From Eledone cirrhosa (taxonomy: Eukaryota), in assembly GCA_964016885.1 (NCBI GenBank), contig OZ024746.1, positions 51,522,001-51,586,000 on the forward strand: a stretch of DNA of 64,000 nucleotides, in the 5' to 3' direction. Made by a program: the position numbers and the translations under genes. Under the pieces are notes generated by a model that saw only the letters and a list, made by a program, of their open reading frames with translations, searched no databases and was not told where the DNA came from. Each line of letters starts with the position of its first letter. Within the stretch, counting starts at the first letter, position 1. Of the stretch, positions 1 through 14,077 are shown piece by piece.

Positions 1-912
1 ACCACCATAACACCAACTGCACCAATACCACCATAACACCAACTGCACCAATACCACCATAACACCAACTGCACCATACCACCATAACACGAACTGTACC
101 AATACCACTATAACACGAACTGCACCAATACCACCATAACACGAACTGTACCAATACCACCATAACACCAACTGCACCAATACCACTATAACACCAACTG
201 CACCAATACCACCATAACACCAACTGCACCAATACTACCATAACACCAACTGCACCAATACTACCATAACACCAGCTGCACCAATACCACAATAACACCA
301 ACTGCACCAATACCACCATAACACCAACTGCACCAATACGACCATAACACCAATACCACCATAACACCAACTGCACCAATACCACCATAACACCAACTGC
401 ACCAATACCACCATAACACCAAATGCACTAATACTACCATAACACCAACTGCACCAATACCACCATGACACCAACTGTACCAATACTACCATAACACCAA
501 CTGCACCAATACCACAATAACACCAACTGCACCAATACCACCATAACACCAACTGTACCAATACCACTAATAACACCAACTGAACCAATACCACCATAAC
601 ACCAACTGCACCAATACTACCATAACACCTACTGCACCAATACTACCATAACACCAACTGCACCAATACCACCATAACACCAACTCTACCAATACCACCA
701 TAACACCAACTGCACCAATACTACCATAACACCTACTGCACCAATACTACCATAACATCAACTGCACCAATACCACCATAACACCAACTGCACCAATACC
801 ACCATAACACCAACTGCACCAATACCACCATAACACCAACTACACCAATACCACCATAACACCAACTGCACCAATACCACCATAACACCAACTGCACCAA
901 TACCACCATAAA
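1..912. repeat. 26-bp minisatellite (ACCACCATAACACCAACTGCACCAAT)n, open at window start
   Basis: The unit repeats head-to-tail about 35 times with point variants. Confidence 0.95.
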
Positions 913-2211
913 CAGCAACAACTGTGTCAATACTATCAGAAACAACAGAATCTGTACCAACTCTGCCATAAACAACAGCAATAACAGCTGCACCAACACT
1001 ACCACCACCACCATATGCCACAACACCACCATAAACAACAACTCCAACAACACCACTATAAACAACAACTACAACAACACCACCATAGACAACAACTACA
1101 ATATCTCCACTATGAGCAACAATAAAGACATTCATAGCTATCCCACCAATATCACAACCACCACCATCACCACCACCAACAACAACAATAACATCAACTA
1201 TATCAACAACAACAGCTATAAAAACAATTGCATCAACCTCAACAAAACCACTGCCAAGACCACCACCACAAACAACAACAATAACAAGAAAAACAACAGC
1301 ATCACAGTCAACAACTACTCCCACAGCAACTACAACTACACCACCACTACTCCCACAGCAACTACAACTACACCACCACTACTACCACAGCAACTACAAC
1401 TACACCATCAATGTCACAACCACCACCACCTCCACCACCTCCAGCCGCAACACCACCAACAACAGCAACACTGAACATTTACTACGACAGCAACTACAAC
1501 TACACCACCACTACTATCACAACTACACCACCAATGTCTGTCACAACCACCACCACCTCCAGCCGCAACACCACCAACAACAGCAACACAGTGAACATCT
1601 ACTACCACAGCAACTATAACTACACCACCAATGTCACAACCACCACCACCTCCACCACCTCCAGCCGCAACACCACCAACAACAGCAACACAGTGAACAT
1701 CTACTACCACAGCAACTATAACTACACCACCAATGTCACAACCACCACCACCTCCACCACCTCCAGCCGCAACACCACCAACAACAGCAACACAGTGAAC
1801 ATCTACTACCACAACAACTACAACTACACCACCACTACTACCACAACTACACCACAAATGTCACAACCACCACCACTACCTCCACTACCTCCAGCCGCAA
1901 CACCACCAACAACAGCATCACAGTCAACATCTACTACCACAGCAACTACAACTACACCACCACTACTACCACAACTACACCACAAATGTCACAACCACCA
2001 CCACTACCTCCACTACCTCCAGCCGCAACACCACCAACAACAGCATCACAGTCAACATCTACTACCACAGCAACTACAACTACACCACCACTACTACCAC
2101 AACTACACCACAAATGTCACAACCACCACCACCAACCTCCACCACCTCCAGCCGCAACACCTCCAACAACAGCATCACAGTCAACATCTACTACCACAGC
2201 AACTACAACTA

Positions 2212-2261
<50 letters not shown>

Positions 2262-2316
2262 ATAATAATAATAATAATACCACTACTACTGCTACTACTA
2301 CCACCGCCACCACTAT

Positions 2317-2385
<69 letters not shown>

Positions 2386-2390
2386 ACAAC
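913..2390. repeat. ACC/AAC-rich degenerate tandem region with 102-bp and 128-bp higher-order units, ending in (CTA)n
   Basis: AACACAGTGAACATCTAC recurs every 102 bp (~1587, 1689, 1791). ATGTCACAACC recurs at 1858, 1986 and 2114 (128 bp). Confidence 0.85.
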
Positions 2391-2568
2391 CAAATATATG
2401 ACTAAAAAAAATGAAAATTCAGAAGAACATTTTCCAAACCAGTATGTCTGCCATTCCCCTTCAGAGAGTCCTCGGCGCCAAACTGAATTAGTTTCTTACA
2501 TATTTAATAATAGGAAGGGGTGATGGCTGCTGTTTTGGTAACTTCAGTTTAACAAAAACAACAACAAC

Positions 2569-2677
2569 AGTAGTAGTAGTAGTTTGTTGGTGGTTGTAGT
2601 AGTAGTTGTAGTTGTAGTAGTGGTTTGTTGTTGGTTATAGTAATAGTGGTGGTAGTGATTATAACAGCAGCAGCAGC

Positions 2678-2710
<33 letters not shown>

Positions 2711-2897
2711 TGTAGTAGTAGTAGTAGTAGTAGTAGTTGTAGTAGTAGTAGTAGTAGTAGTTTGGTGGTGGTTATATTAATAGTAGTAGTAGTTGTAGTT
2801 GTAGTAGTGGTTTGTTGGTGGTTATAGTAATAGTGGTGGTAGTGATTATAGCAGCAGTAGTAGTTTGTTGGTGGTAGTCATTATAACAGCAGTAGTG

Positions 2898-2956
<59 letters not shown>

Positions 2957-2965
2957 TTGGTGGTG
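2569..2965. repeat. (TAG)n-rich block duplicated in tandem
   Basis: Two similar ~200-bp blocks each end in (TAG)n-TTTGGTGGTG. Confidence 0.75.
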
Positions 2966-3436
2966 TTTTACGGGCTGATCTAGAGTAGTAGTATATTTTC
3001 AGGAATAGATGGATGGTCACGACTGGAAAATCTTTGACCAAAGTTCAACTGCAAGAGAAGTTATCTAAGGCTAAAGTACTAGTATATTGTGTATAGGAGC
3101 TCAGAAAAACCCTATAGACATGGAAAAAAGTCAAACCCCACTGATTTGTGGATGTGGTTTTATCGGAATAGACTAAGAAAAATTGTTTACGCCCATCTTG
3201 CTTTGGCTTGACACTAGCTCTTCGAGATAAACTTTGATTTTCATCTTTTAAAGGTCGATAAACTGCCAACCCAGTGCTGGGGTCTATTCTTTCTCTATAT
3301 CTCTTTCTTACTTCCAACCGCTGCTGTCTCTGGAAGAAATCAGCTGTATTCAGACCTGAAGCGGAAGGGAATCGGTCAAATTAAAAAAATTAAGGCATGC
3401 CGTATGCCACGGCGGTGTCCATACGACTTCACCAAA

Positions 3437-3545
3437 GGTACATGTGTCTGTTGAACTCTCAACGACTTATACGTTAATTTCATGAGTGGGTTGTTTCTTT
3501 GGTCGAACGACTGGGACAATCGTCATCGAAATCGACGGAGGTCCA
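3437..3545 (+). mobile_element. Fragment of an old interspersed repeat (SINE-like); related copies at ~19454-19560 and ~63275-63335
   Basis: The motif (CA/TA)CGTTAATTTCA(C/T)GAG...GACGGAG is shared with 19480-19552, and TAATTTCACGAG occurs at 63311. Confidence 0.6.
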
Positions 3546-3980
3546 TTCCTGTATTCCATCTATCTATAAGTCAATAACTGCAAGGAAAATTCACGTGGCT
3601 CGTGAGGGATGCGACTATCTGTAATAAGAGTTAATTCTGCTAAAGTCTCTAATGGGTTATGGGCAAACGTTTCAGATATGGCTACCCATCTTTCTTTTCA
3701 TGCTATTTGGGACTATCTTATTATTTGAAGGAAATCTGACTGCTATTTCTAGCTAGTCGACGTTATTACGAGAAAACATAGGTCAAGCGTTTAATCCCTC
3801 GAAACCTTATGGGAGATTGTATTACAGAGAACCATGTCATTACGAGACAGGCTTTTAAACAGTACATCTGAGTAATCGTATATATTATAAATATATTTTC
3901 ACAACTTTACAACTTTACAATAACGTAAGGATATATATATATATTTATATATATATATATATATATATATTTAAAAAAAA

Positions 3981-4353
<373 letters not shown>

Positions 4354-4453
4354 TGTAAAATACCCATCGCGGCATCAAGAGGTTTCGGCTTGTGTCATTG
4401 AGTACTCCCATGATTAACGGACTCCTCAGTCTCAGAACGGCAGACTCTCTCAT

Positions 4454-4490
<37 letters not shown>

Positions 4491-5046
4491 AAAAGTTAAA
4501 CAGAAATAGCAAAACAAACGATGCACACACGTGAGCATATGTATATATATATATATATGTGTGTGTGTAAGTGATAGCAAATGAATTTAAACTTTTATAA
4601 TGTTTGTGGTTGTTGGTTGTTATTGTTAGTCATTTTCTGGTTTTGTTGTATTTATTTTTTCAAGGTCGTCACAATTCTTGCTAATCAACATCCGTTTCTC
4701 AGAGACGTTGTCATGCGCATTACTGTTCCTACCGACTTTACTTAGCGACGCTGAGATAAATCATGGAGATAAGAGATGTTATGATAAAATATTTGTTTTA
4801 ATTCTTTTCTCACTTGTAACAAAGAATGAAAGTAACAAGCCAAATAAAGGAGCCTTTACGGTTGCAATTGAAGATGCTAGAAATAGCAGTTAAATCTATC
4901 TAAAATACACTCAGGCACATGTTGTGGTGACGGGTGGAACACTTTTGATCACAGGTTAGTTCAATCGGACTTTGCCAACCACAATTGAAGAAGGATTGAG
5001 AACATTTGAAATATGTAGCTCCCCTAACAAATGACCTTATAAATAG

Positions 5047-5325
5047 TCTTCTTCTTCTTCTTCTTCTTCTTCTTCTTCTTCTTCTTCTTCTTCTTCTTCT
5101 TCTTCTTGATGGGGTCTGAGTGACAGAGTCCCCAAACACTCCAGCCAACAGGTCCTGTTAGAAGCAACCGTCTCCAACTTATCCGACTGGATCCCCAAGC
5201 GAGACTAGCCAAGCTCATGGATGTTATCCAACAATCTTTCTTGGGGTCTACCTCTGGGTCTCTTGCTGGTTGGTTTTACCTCTACAATCTGTCCAGCGAT
5301 TCTTTCCTGAGATATTCTAACCATA
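5047..5325 (-). mobile_element. RTE-clade (Rex3/Expander-like) LINE 3' fragment with (GAA)n tail
   Basis: The minus strand reads ..ERIAGQIVEVKPTSKRPRGRPQERLLDNIHEL.. followed by the GAA tail. It is homologous to 33850-34315. Confidence 0.8.
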
Positions 5326-5383
5326 TTAATCGTCAATAACTATATATATATATATATAGTTTAGATGAGTTGATATCACAGCC

Positions 5384-5870
5384 ATCATCATCATTATCGT
5401 TTAACGTCCATCTTCCACGCTTGCATGGGTTTGGACGGGAGTTTTCCCACTTGAGGCAAGAGTGGTTGTCTTGCTCGCATAGGACTGTCTGGCGGGTTTT
5501 CTACGGCTGGATGCCCTTCCTAACACCAACCACGTTTACAGTGTGGACTGGGAGGTTTTTACCGTGTTACCTACACGGCCGCATTACAGCGTGGACTGTG
5601 TGTTTTTTTGTCGTGACACCTACACGACCTCATTTGTTTCGGACTGGATGTTGTGGTACCAACATAACTTTACATTGAAAGGGGTGGTGTGGATGGGGTG
5701 GGGGTAGTGGGACGGGGCTGTATTTTGTTAGAGGTGCCTACTGACTGTAGTAGGTTTCACTTTGTACTTAAGGTAAGGCGGGTCTTCTGTATTACTGTGT
5801 AGCACCACAGATCTCGGCCCAGTGACATTGTCTTGGAGAGGTGTAAGTGTGTGAGGTCGGAATTTATCAA
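5384..5870 (-). mobile_element. Probable LINE 3' UTR remnant with (ATG)n tail
   Basis: CATCATCAT-CGTTTAACGTCC..GCATGGG..GGCTGGATGCCCTTCCTAAC resembles common LINE 3' ends. This was recognised by eye only. Confidence 0.55.
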
Positions 5871-6009
5871 GTCGTGCCATATAAAGGCAAAATATATTTC
5901 AAGGCTCAAACATGATTTTATAGACCACAGCAAGATAGGTAATAGCTAGTTCAGAGTTTAATCCAATCAGTAAACTTCCAATCACAGTAGTTTTATATCA
6001 CATAGCATA

Positions 6010-6275
6010 TATATAAATGAATATAAATAACCAGGATTAAATTACATTAAATCATTTAATTGATTTACGAATGTTTCGATCAACACAACAAGAATATTAA
6101 TTCCTGCTATATTGATCTCATCAGAATCTATTAAATAACATAAATCGTAAACAAATTTAAAATACAATTGCGAAAACATTTTTGCAACTGTATTCAAACA
6201 TATTTTATGATTTCGGACTTGAGATATTTGCACATTTAATATAATTTAATCCTGGTTATACTTTATTCATATATA
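6010..6275 (-). mobile_element. TA-embedded mini-element with inverted arms around a hammerhead
   Basis: Arms ~6015-6053 and ~6233-6270 are inverted, with an HHR between them. Confidence 0.75.
6056..6134 (-). ncRNA. Minimal type-I hammerhead ribozyme
   Basis: Minus strand: uuaau-a-GAUU CUGAUGA gaucaa..uugauc GAAA c-auuc-g UA AAUC-a-auuaa. The core is intact and stems I and II pair. Confidence 0.8.
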
Positions 6276-6285
6276 TATATATTAT

Positions 6286-6547
<262 letters not shown>

Positions 6548-7404
6548 CACACATATATATATATATAACTCTGTGTGTGAGTGTGAACGTGTACGTATGA
6601 GTTTGTTTGTGTATACTGGTGTAAATTTGGGTCAAGACAGAAAGTAAATTTGTCATTCGATAAATAAAGATCAATGAAATAACTTGGATCGATGTGATCG
6701 ATGGAAACTCAGCATGCTTGTAGTTCAATATCTGAAAGCAGTCAAAAATGGGTGGGTGAAGATAGGGGTAGTAAATATATTTAGAGAAAAATGAAGAATG
6801 CCACACATTTATTTGAATATCGGTGTGAATGTGATAGTGTTTGGCTCCAGGTCACCTCTGATCGGGAATGCCCATGCATAGCTTGTTGTTGTTGGCATTG
6901 TTGTTGTTTTATCTCAGGTCACGCCAGGTCTTGCTGACATATTTGTTCGAGCCCTATTCGGGCTGGACATTAAATCACATCAAGACCGACTTCGCTTTTC
7001 ATCCTTCTAGGATTGATAAAATAAGGTAATAGTCAAGAACTTTTAACAAACTTCTGGCCGTGTACCGATATTAGAAATATTTTATATACGTTTAGCTTTC
7101 ATATTCAACTCATAAAGGGCTCAACCGCTGTTGACTATTATATTTTGTCTAAAAAAAATGCAAGAGAAACTATAGAACAATTAAAACTTTTGGGTAAAGT
7201 ATTTAAGTTGAGAATGTGGTCCGGAGATTTTCAACATAGATCTACTCAATGAAGACTGGCCTGAGACTATCCACTGAGGCAGAGTTTCTCTTATTAAGCC
7301 ATGCTTCCATAAACACAGGTATGCGCGTATACACACACATATATATATATATATATTCACGCTCGCACGCACGCATACACACACACATATATATATATAT
7401 ATAC

Positions 7405-7630
7405 AATATATTAATAAATGGAAACTATATTTATAAAACCATTTTATTATACATATTTCAAGGGCAACCAAGGCAAATTATGGTGCGCTTTTATCAGATA
7501 AAATACAGATTTGTTTTATAAATAAATATTGACATACCCGGAAAAAAAAAGACAACCTTAACGGTTGGAGCTTCCTGGATAGTCATTTTTAAGCTTGTTG
7601 AATCCCAACAAATTAAATATAACCTCTGCA
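7405..7630 (-). mobile_element. Family C mini-element with mutated hammerhead (CUGAUAA)
   Basis: It is homologous to 44762-45020. Minus strand: auuuuau CUGAUAA..GAAA u-augu-a UA auaaaau. Confidence 0.7.
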
Positions 7631-7634
7631 CATA

Positions 7635-7670
<36 letters not shown>

Positions 7671-7756
7671 TGTATGTATGTATGTACATAAGCATCCGTA
7701 TGTATTTGACGGCTGAGAGAAGGGAGCAATCTACTTAATACCGAAGTAGAGTTTTA

Positions 7757-7879
7757 ATATTTATTTTTATTAATGCAAAATCGTGAGTTTTTTTACTCTG
7801 GAGTTTCGCCACTTTATCACAGGGTCATCAGGCGAATCTCCTAAGTAACAAAACTCACGTTTTGCCTTATTAAAAAATG

Positions 7880-7885
<6 letters not shown>
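7757..7885 (-). mobile_element. Fold-back mini-element with HHR core
   Basis: Imperfect inverted arms surround minus-strand CUGAUGA..GGC GAAA cuc..gag UA. Stem I is lost at the inversion junction. Confidence 0.6.
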
Positions 7886-7921
<36 letters not shown>

Positions 7922-7923
<2 letters not shown>

Positions 7924-8118
7924 CAAAGAGGGTGTGGTGAGATGATAAGATTCCAGGAGGACTATAACGCACTAGAATACTCAATACTTAGGGTAGTAGA
8001 ATGGGTAATAGGAAAATAGTCAAGACACCAACGGCTGAGCTCCGGCCGTTTCAACAGTTCAGAGCTAGCAGTCGAAACGGCCGGAGCTCAGCCCTCGGGG
8101 TCCTGTCTCTTTTCCTAT
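7922..8118 (-). mobile_element. Family E fold-back mini-element
   Basis: It has the palindrome GGCTGAGCTCCGGCCGTTTC / GAAACGGCCGGAGCTCAGCC plus a body shared with the other family E copies, and is TA-flanked. Confidence 0.8.
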
Positions 8119-8187
8119 ATATATACATATATATATATATTGAGTACCTTACTTACTGTGGTTACCTCCGATTCAACCCGGAATAAC

Positions 8188-8226
<39 letters not shown>

Positions 8227-8248
8227 CCTCGATATCTAACTCGACACA

Positions 8249-8280
<32 letters not shown>

Positions 8281-9046
8281 CGAATTTGTGTAGAGATTAG
8301 AGGAACAGTTTGTCCTCACCTTTAACCTTTGTTCGAGAAATAGAAAGAGAGTGGGGAGAAGGAAAGAAAGACAAAGAGAGGAGGTTAATGAAGCAACAAA
8401 CTCATTTGTCTTTTCTATGGATTAATGTATTTCATTTCCTATGTTGCCTCCCAAACTCTCTCTCTCTCTCTCTTTTTTTTAAACACTCTTTCGGTCTCCC
8501 TTTCTCTCTCCCCCTCTCTCTCTCTTAAGCACCTTTTCCGTCTCTTTTTCTTTCTCTCTCTCTTTTAAGCACCCTTCCCTCCTCTCTCTCTCTCTCTCTT
8601 AAGCACCTTTTCCGTCTCTCTTTCTTTCTCTCTCTCTTTTTAAGCACCCTTCCCCCCTCTCTCTCTCAATCACCTTTTCTGTCTCTCTCTCTTTCTCTCT
8701 CTTTGCATTCCTTTGCCTTACTCTCCCCGTCTCCTTTACCTCCTCTGTTACATTCACACACACACACAGAGACAAACTTCAAACCAGTGCTTAATCCCGT
8801 ATTGTTGTAGTTCTCTTCTCGCCACAACACACACACACACAGACTTTCTCTCTCTCTCTCACACAAACACACGCAAGTGTCTTATGTTGAGAACGTATAT
8901 CAAGTAATCACCTCTACATTCTACAGACATTGATGATTTGTAACTAGAAAATAATACGTTCATAGGTGAGGAGCTACACAAAATCATATCAACCACAATG
9001 TATGACTGTTATATATATATATGTGTGTGTGTGTGATGCTTCCATA

Positions 9047-9533
<487 letters not shown>

Positions 9534-9701
9534 GTGGGGGGGGGGGGGGCGGGTATAAAACATATATATATACATATATATATATATATAAAACAGAAAT
9601 CAAAAGCACCTGTAATGCACTGGTGTCGATTTAATCTATTTTCCCTTCCCCTAAAATGGCTGGCCTTGTACCTAAATCAGAAATCATTATTAATAACCTA
9701 T

Positions 9702-9882
9702 AGTATCGGTAGAGGGTCGGACGCCATGCTTTGACGCATAGAGTTACAGCTCTTGCCATTCTGAGTTCAAATCCCGCCGAGGTTAACTTTGCCTTTCATC
9801 CTTACGGGGTCGATAAAATAAAGTACCAGTAATGTACTGGGTAATTGCTGGCCTTGTGCCAATAGTAGAAACAATTATTAAT
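9702..9882 (+). mobile_element. tRNA-derived SINE (octopus-type)
   Basis: B-box GAGTTCAAATCC followed by CGCCGAGGTTAACTTTGCCTTTCATCCTTACGGGGTCGATAAAATAAAGTACCAG and an (ATT)n tail. Confidence 0.9.
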
Positions 9883-9909
9883 AACCTATGCATATATACA
9901 CAGGCATCT

Positions 9910-10149
9910 AAAGCTAAAGTTTGTCTTAAGCCAGAAGGCTCATTTGGTTACATGGCTTGAAGCGAGTGGGAGTACAGGACTTCCCCCTGGACAGGACGCC
10001 AGTCCATCGGAGGGTTAAACCCCTAGCTAAGCTGAGTATACTGGAGCAACGTGAAGTATTTTACTCAGGAACACAACACGCAACCCAGGAATCGAACACA
10101 CGACATTATGATCGTAATTCCAACACCCTTACCACTAGACCACGCGCCA
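9910..10149 (-). mobile_element. Second tRNA-derived SINE family with CORE-like central block
   Basis: Minus strand has A-box TGGTCTAGTGG, B-box GTTCGATTCC, then GTTGTGTTCCTGAGTAAAATACTT and GATGGACTGGCGTCCTGTCCAGGGG. Confidence 0.75.
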
Positions 10150-10661
10150 TACACATATGTGCGAGAGGAAAGAGATAGTGGATATGTGGAGTGTGGTTTC
10201 AGTATTAAAAAAAATCAAACATTCAACATGTCGAAGTTAAAACTCCGCCATCCCCACGCCATCTTTTTCACAGTTACCCGAGGGTGCCATGTTTGGGTGG
10301 CATGGATGTGGTGATTGTGGTTGTAGTAGTGGTGATGTGGTGGTACCTTTATTGTCCTGGTACCTTAATTGTTGAAGTGTGAGCTTCGAAAGTTGTCAAC
10401 CAGGTGCTAACCAGCGGAGAATTCTACATGACTTGAGTGCAACAGGTGGGTGGGTGTATATCTGGGTATGTAGGTAAGGAGGTGAACAGGTGGGTAGAGA
10501 GATGGTGGTATGTGGGGTATTATTTCAGGGACAAAGAATGATTTAGGTGAAGGGAGGGGAAGATAGATATCAACTGAGATGGAGGGGTGGTTGGTTTTTT
10601 TGAGGCGAGAGCTAATAGAATGGACGGTAAGATAAGTAAACAAAATGGAATATGTGCGTGA

Positions 10662-10705
<44 letters not shown>

Positions 10706-10749
10706 TTATTTATTTGTATATATAAATATATATATATATATATAAATAA

Positions 10750-10791
<42 letters not shown>

Positions 10792-10815
10792 TTATATATA
10801 TATATATATACATAT

Positions 10816-10950
10816 GAGGACCGAATAAATTAGATTGCCGATATAAAAGACACAGAAGCGAAAAGCGAAAACCAACCAAACAGTGGGTGTGTTCTGTTAT
10901 TAATTTTGGCAATATTACACAAATATGACCCTCCACAAGTATAACTATAT
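10816..10950 (+). mobile_element. Family G terminal fragment in (TA)n
   Basis: It matches 23100-23237. A further duplicated end lies at 13119-13160. Confidence 0.8.
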
Positions 10951-11097
10951 ACATATATATATATATAAATAAATAAATATATATATATATATTTATTTAT
11001 TTATATATATATATACATACATATATATAAATAAATAAATATATATATATATTTATATATATATATACATATATATTTATTTATATATATACATATA

Positions 11098-11178
<81 letters not shown>

Positions 11179-11194
11179 GTATCATATATATTTT

Positions 11195-11377
11195 TATCCC
11201 GGGTTCAATCGGGGGTAACCACAGTAAGTAAGGTACTCAATACTCAATACATAGTAAGGTACTCAATACATAGCAGAGTAAAAACTAGAACAGTTTCATT
11301 CGGGAAAAATCATCAGGGCTTGCTGATGATTTCTCCCGATTGAAACAGTTCTAGTCCGGTAGAAGCCATTTCTATAT
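11195..11377. mobile_element. Family B element with two inverted HHR-like cores
   Basis: CTAGAACAGTTTCATTCGGG..ATCATCAG-GGCTTG-CTGATGA..GAAACAGTTCTAG. Confidence 0.75.
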
Positions 11378-11378
11378 C

Positions 11379-11423
<45 letters not shown>

Positions 11424-11525
11424 TAATTAGCATGAAAACGTGTATAGAATGAGTAGCCTCGGTATCACAGAAAAATATTTTTTCTTTTTTTTTCTTCTAC
11501 GAATATATCACAGAGTTGCCTATAC

Positions 11526-11731
11526 CAGGCATACTGTCAAACTGAGGGTACCCCGAGGGCCACATGGGTCACATATGTGCTGTCTGAGGGCCTCACACGA
11601 CAACTAATTGTGCACATTACAACTACTTTTTTTTCAATTTTTTACTACGAAGATAAAACATGCTCGCACTGTAAAAACCTTTGTGCGGGCTGCGGATGTG
11701 CTTGTAAAGGGCCGCATGTTTGACATGCCAG
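11526..11731. mobile_element. hAT (Charlie-like) MITE
   Basis: TIRs are CAGGCAT(AC)TGTCAAAC / GTTTGACATGCCAG. The 8-bp TSD is GCCTATAC / CCCTATAC. Confidence 0.75.
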
Positions 11732-11773
11732 CCCTATACGATAGAAAATGTCAGAGAGCACTGTTTCAAGATT

Positions 11774-11816
<43 letters not shown>

Positions 11817-11879
11817 GTCCCAAGGCTCTGATACCATCAATAAAATAAACACAGAGCTGGCATATCTAAGAACTGACTA

Positions 11880-11935
11880 ACTGCCTGATGAGGTCATAGC
11901 CATTCAATGGCTATCATTGAAATATATATAGCAGT
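11880..11935 (+). ncRNA. Minimal type-I hammerhead ribozyme in a TA-flanked island (11813-11980)
   Basis: ACUGC CUGAUGA gguc-auagcca-uucaa-uggcuau-cauu GAAA u-auau-a UA GCAGU. It has a perfect 5-bp stem I and an intact core. Confidence 0.85.
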
Positions 11936-12008
11936 AAATAAAGGATTGTGAGTTCATGCAATTGACTTATGTTTCGTCACTATATATATATATATAAATA
12001 AATATATA

Positions 12009-12043
<35 letters not shown>

Positions 12044-12049
12044 GCATAC

Positions 12050-12230
12050 ATAACCAAAGATTAATATGGTTCATTGATTACTCAATGAATATAGTTTTAC
12101 AATAGATTAAAAGCACCCTACAACGAAATTTTCTGGAGTTATTAATATTATTCAAATTATTAATAAATGAATACGTTCACATAATCAAAATTTTGATTAT
12201 ATGAACATATTCATTTATTAGTATTTTGAA
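12050..12230 (-). mobile_element. Family D fragment
   Basis: It is the reverse-complement homologue of 43200-43345. Confidence 0.7.
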
Positions 12231-12262
12231 TAATATACGCATATATATATATATATAAATAT

Positions 12263-12432
12263 ATAGGAAAAAGTATGACCCCGACGGCAGAGTCCAGAAA
12301 TAGCCGTCGAAACGGCTTGAGCTCTGCCGTCGGGGTCATACTTTTTTCCTATTTCCCACACTACTACCCTAAGTATTGAGTATTCTGGTGCGTTATGCTC
12401 CATCTGGTTCCTTACCACATTTCCTTCGTTAT
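12263..12432 (+). mobile_element. Family E fold-back mini-element
   Basis: GACCCCGACGGCAGAG..GAAACGGCTTGAGCTCTGCCGTCGGGGTC plus the shared body, TA-flanked. Confidence 0.8.
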
Positions 12433-13070
12433 ATATATATATATAGAAGTATGTTCCACAACAATTAGTTCAACAGTTAGTACACAAACATATATGTATA
12501 TACGTGTGTGTATGTCTGGTTATATGTATGTGTGTGTTTGTGTGTTGCGCGTATATATGTCAACTGCCCCTCCCCAAACACACAACAAGGATCAGTCAGA
12601 TATTTTTTATAGGTTGGATTTGAAACTGCATCTATACGATTACTATAATCTTTCTGTTGCTCAGAGAAATTTAATTTATTTCTCATAATGCTGTCATCAG
12701 CCCCTCTTCTCACCACAAACACTACCTGAATATTTTTTTCATCTCTCTCTCTCTCCCCTCCTCCTCCTGTTTCTTCCTTGACAGGTCTTCACAATCTAAT
12801 CAATACACACCTGTATACACACACACCTGCATGACGTTGTTGTTGTTGTTGATTTTAAGAAGACGTACGATCAAAGGCATTCCAGTCGTGACCATCCCGT
12901 CTATCTAAGAGTATTTAAGACCTACATTATCTACTATTGTATGTTTTCGGTTGATTTTTGTTTTCAGTCGTGACGATTTGATACGGATGGAGGCAGATTT
13001 GGTTGCTATTTCTAGAGGATTAACAGAGTCTGTAGACTCCACTCCTTCACTTGTGTAGTATGTTGTATAA

Positions 13071-13105
<35 letters not shown>

Positions 13106-13167
13106 CATCTTTTGTATATATGACCCTCCCAAAGTATGACCCTCCCAAAGTATAACAATATATATAT

Positions 13168-13238
<71 letters not shown>

Positions 13239-13335
13239 AATATATATATGTATATGTATATATATATATGTATATGTATATATGTATATATATATATATG
13301 TATATGTATATATGTATATATATATATATATATAT

Positions 13336-13511
<176 letters not shown>

Positions 13512-13585
13512 GTATATATATAAGATAAAAACACTCGAGTGCATTAGATATGTATATATATATATTTATAAAAATAACAGATTAA

Positions 13586-13636
13586 AGTTTAAGCAAAGAA
13601 TCGCTGCTTTCACCCTTAACGGGATCTTCTGAAACT
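13586..13636 (-). ncRNA. Variant hammerhead (CAGAAGA core) in the inverted pLTR
   Basis: It is the reverse-complement copy of 17134-17184. Confidence 0.6.
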
Positions 13637-14077
13637 AACAAAGTCAATCTGTAAACGCAGAAGTGGATATTTCAAAACACGTTGCAACCGGAGGGAGACA
13701 GGAAGACGATACTTTGGTTCGTGGAAACGTTCCCTGGCAAAGAACGGGGAAAAACGAATATAATACGTCATTAATAGGAGCGATGAAAAACAATTACGCG
13801 CAAAGACAGAACCACGTTTATGGTATAAAAGAAGTCGTAGAGTAATCTTCTCTTAGGTGGTTCATAGAGACGTTCTCTGGCAATGAACGGAAAAAACGAA
13901 GATAATACGTCATATGTGGACCGTGAAGCTGTTATTTTAATAAATATTTGCTCTACGGTTCTTATATATTTGATATATATTTATCCTTATCGAGCCCTCT
14001 TTGGATTATAGTTTTCAAATTTATTATTATTACTATTTGGCTCCCTCGGTTGAGCACTCTATTGACTTATATTCATC

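Noticed and set aside
235-2405. Thr/Pro-rich mucin-like ORFs
   Set aside because: They are translations of 26-, 102- and 128-bp tandem repeats, and the 26- and 128-bp units do not keep frame.
9702-10149. Functional tRNA genes
   Set aside because: The A/B boxes belong to SINE heads, and no complete cloverleaf was found.
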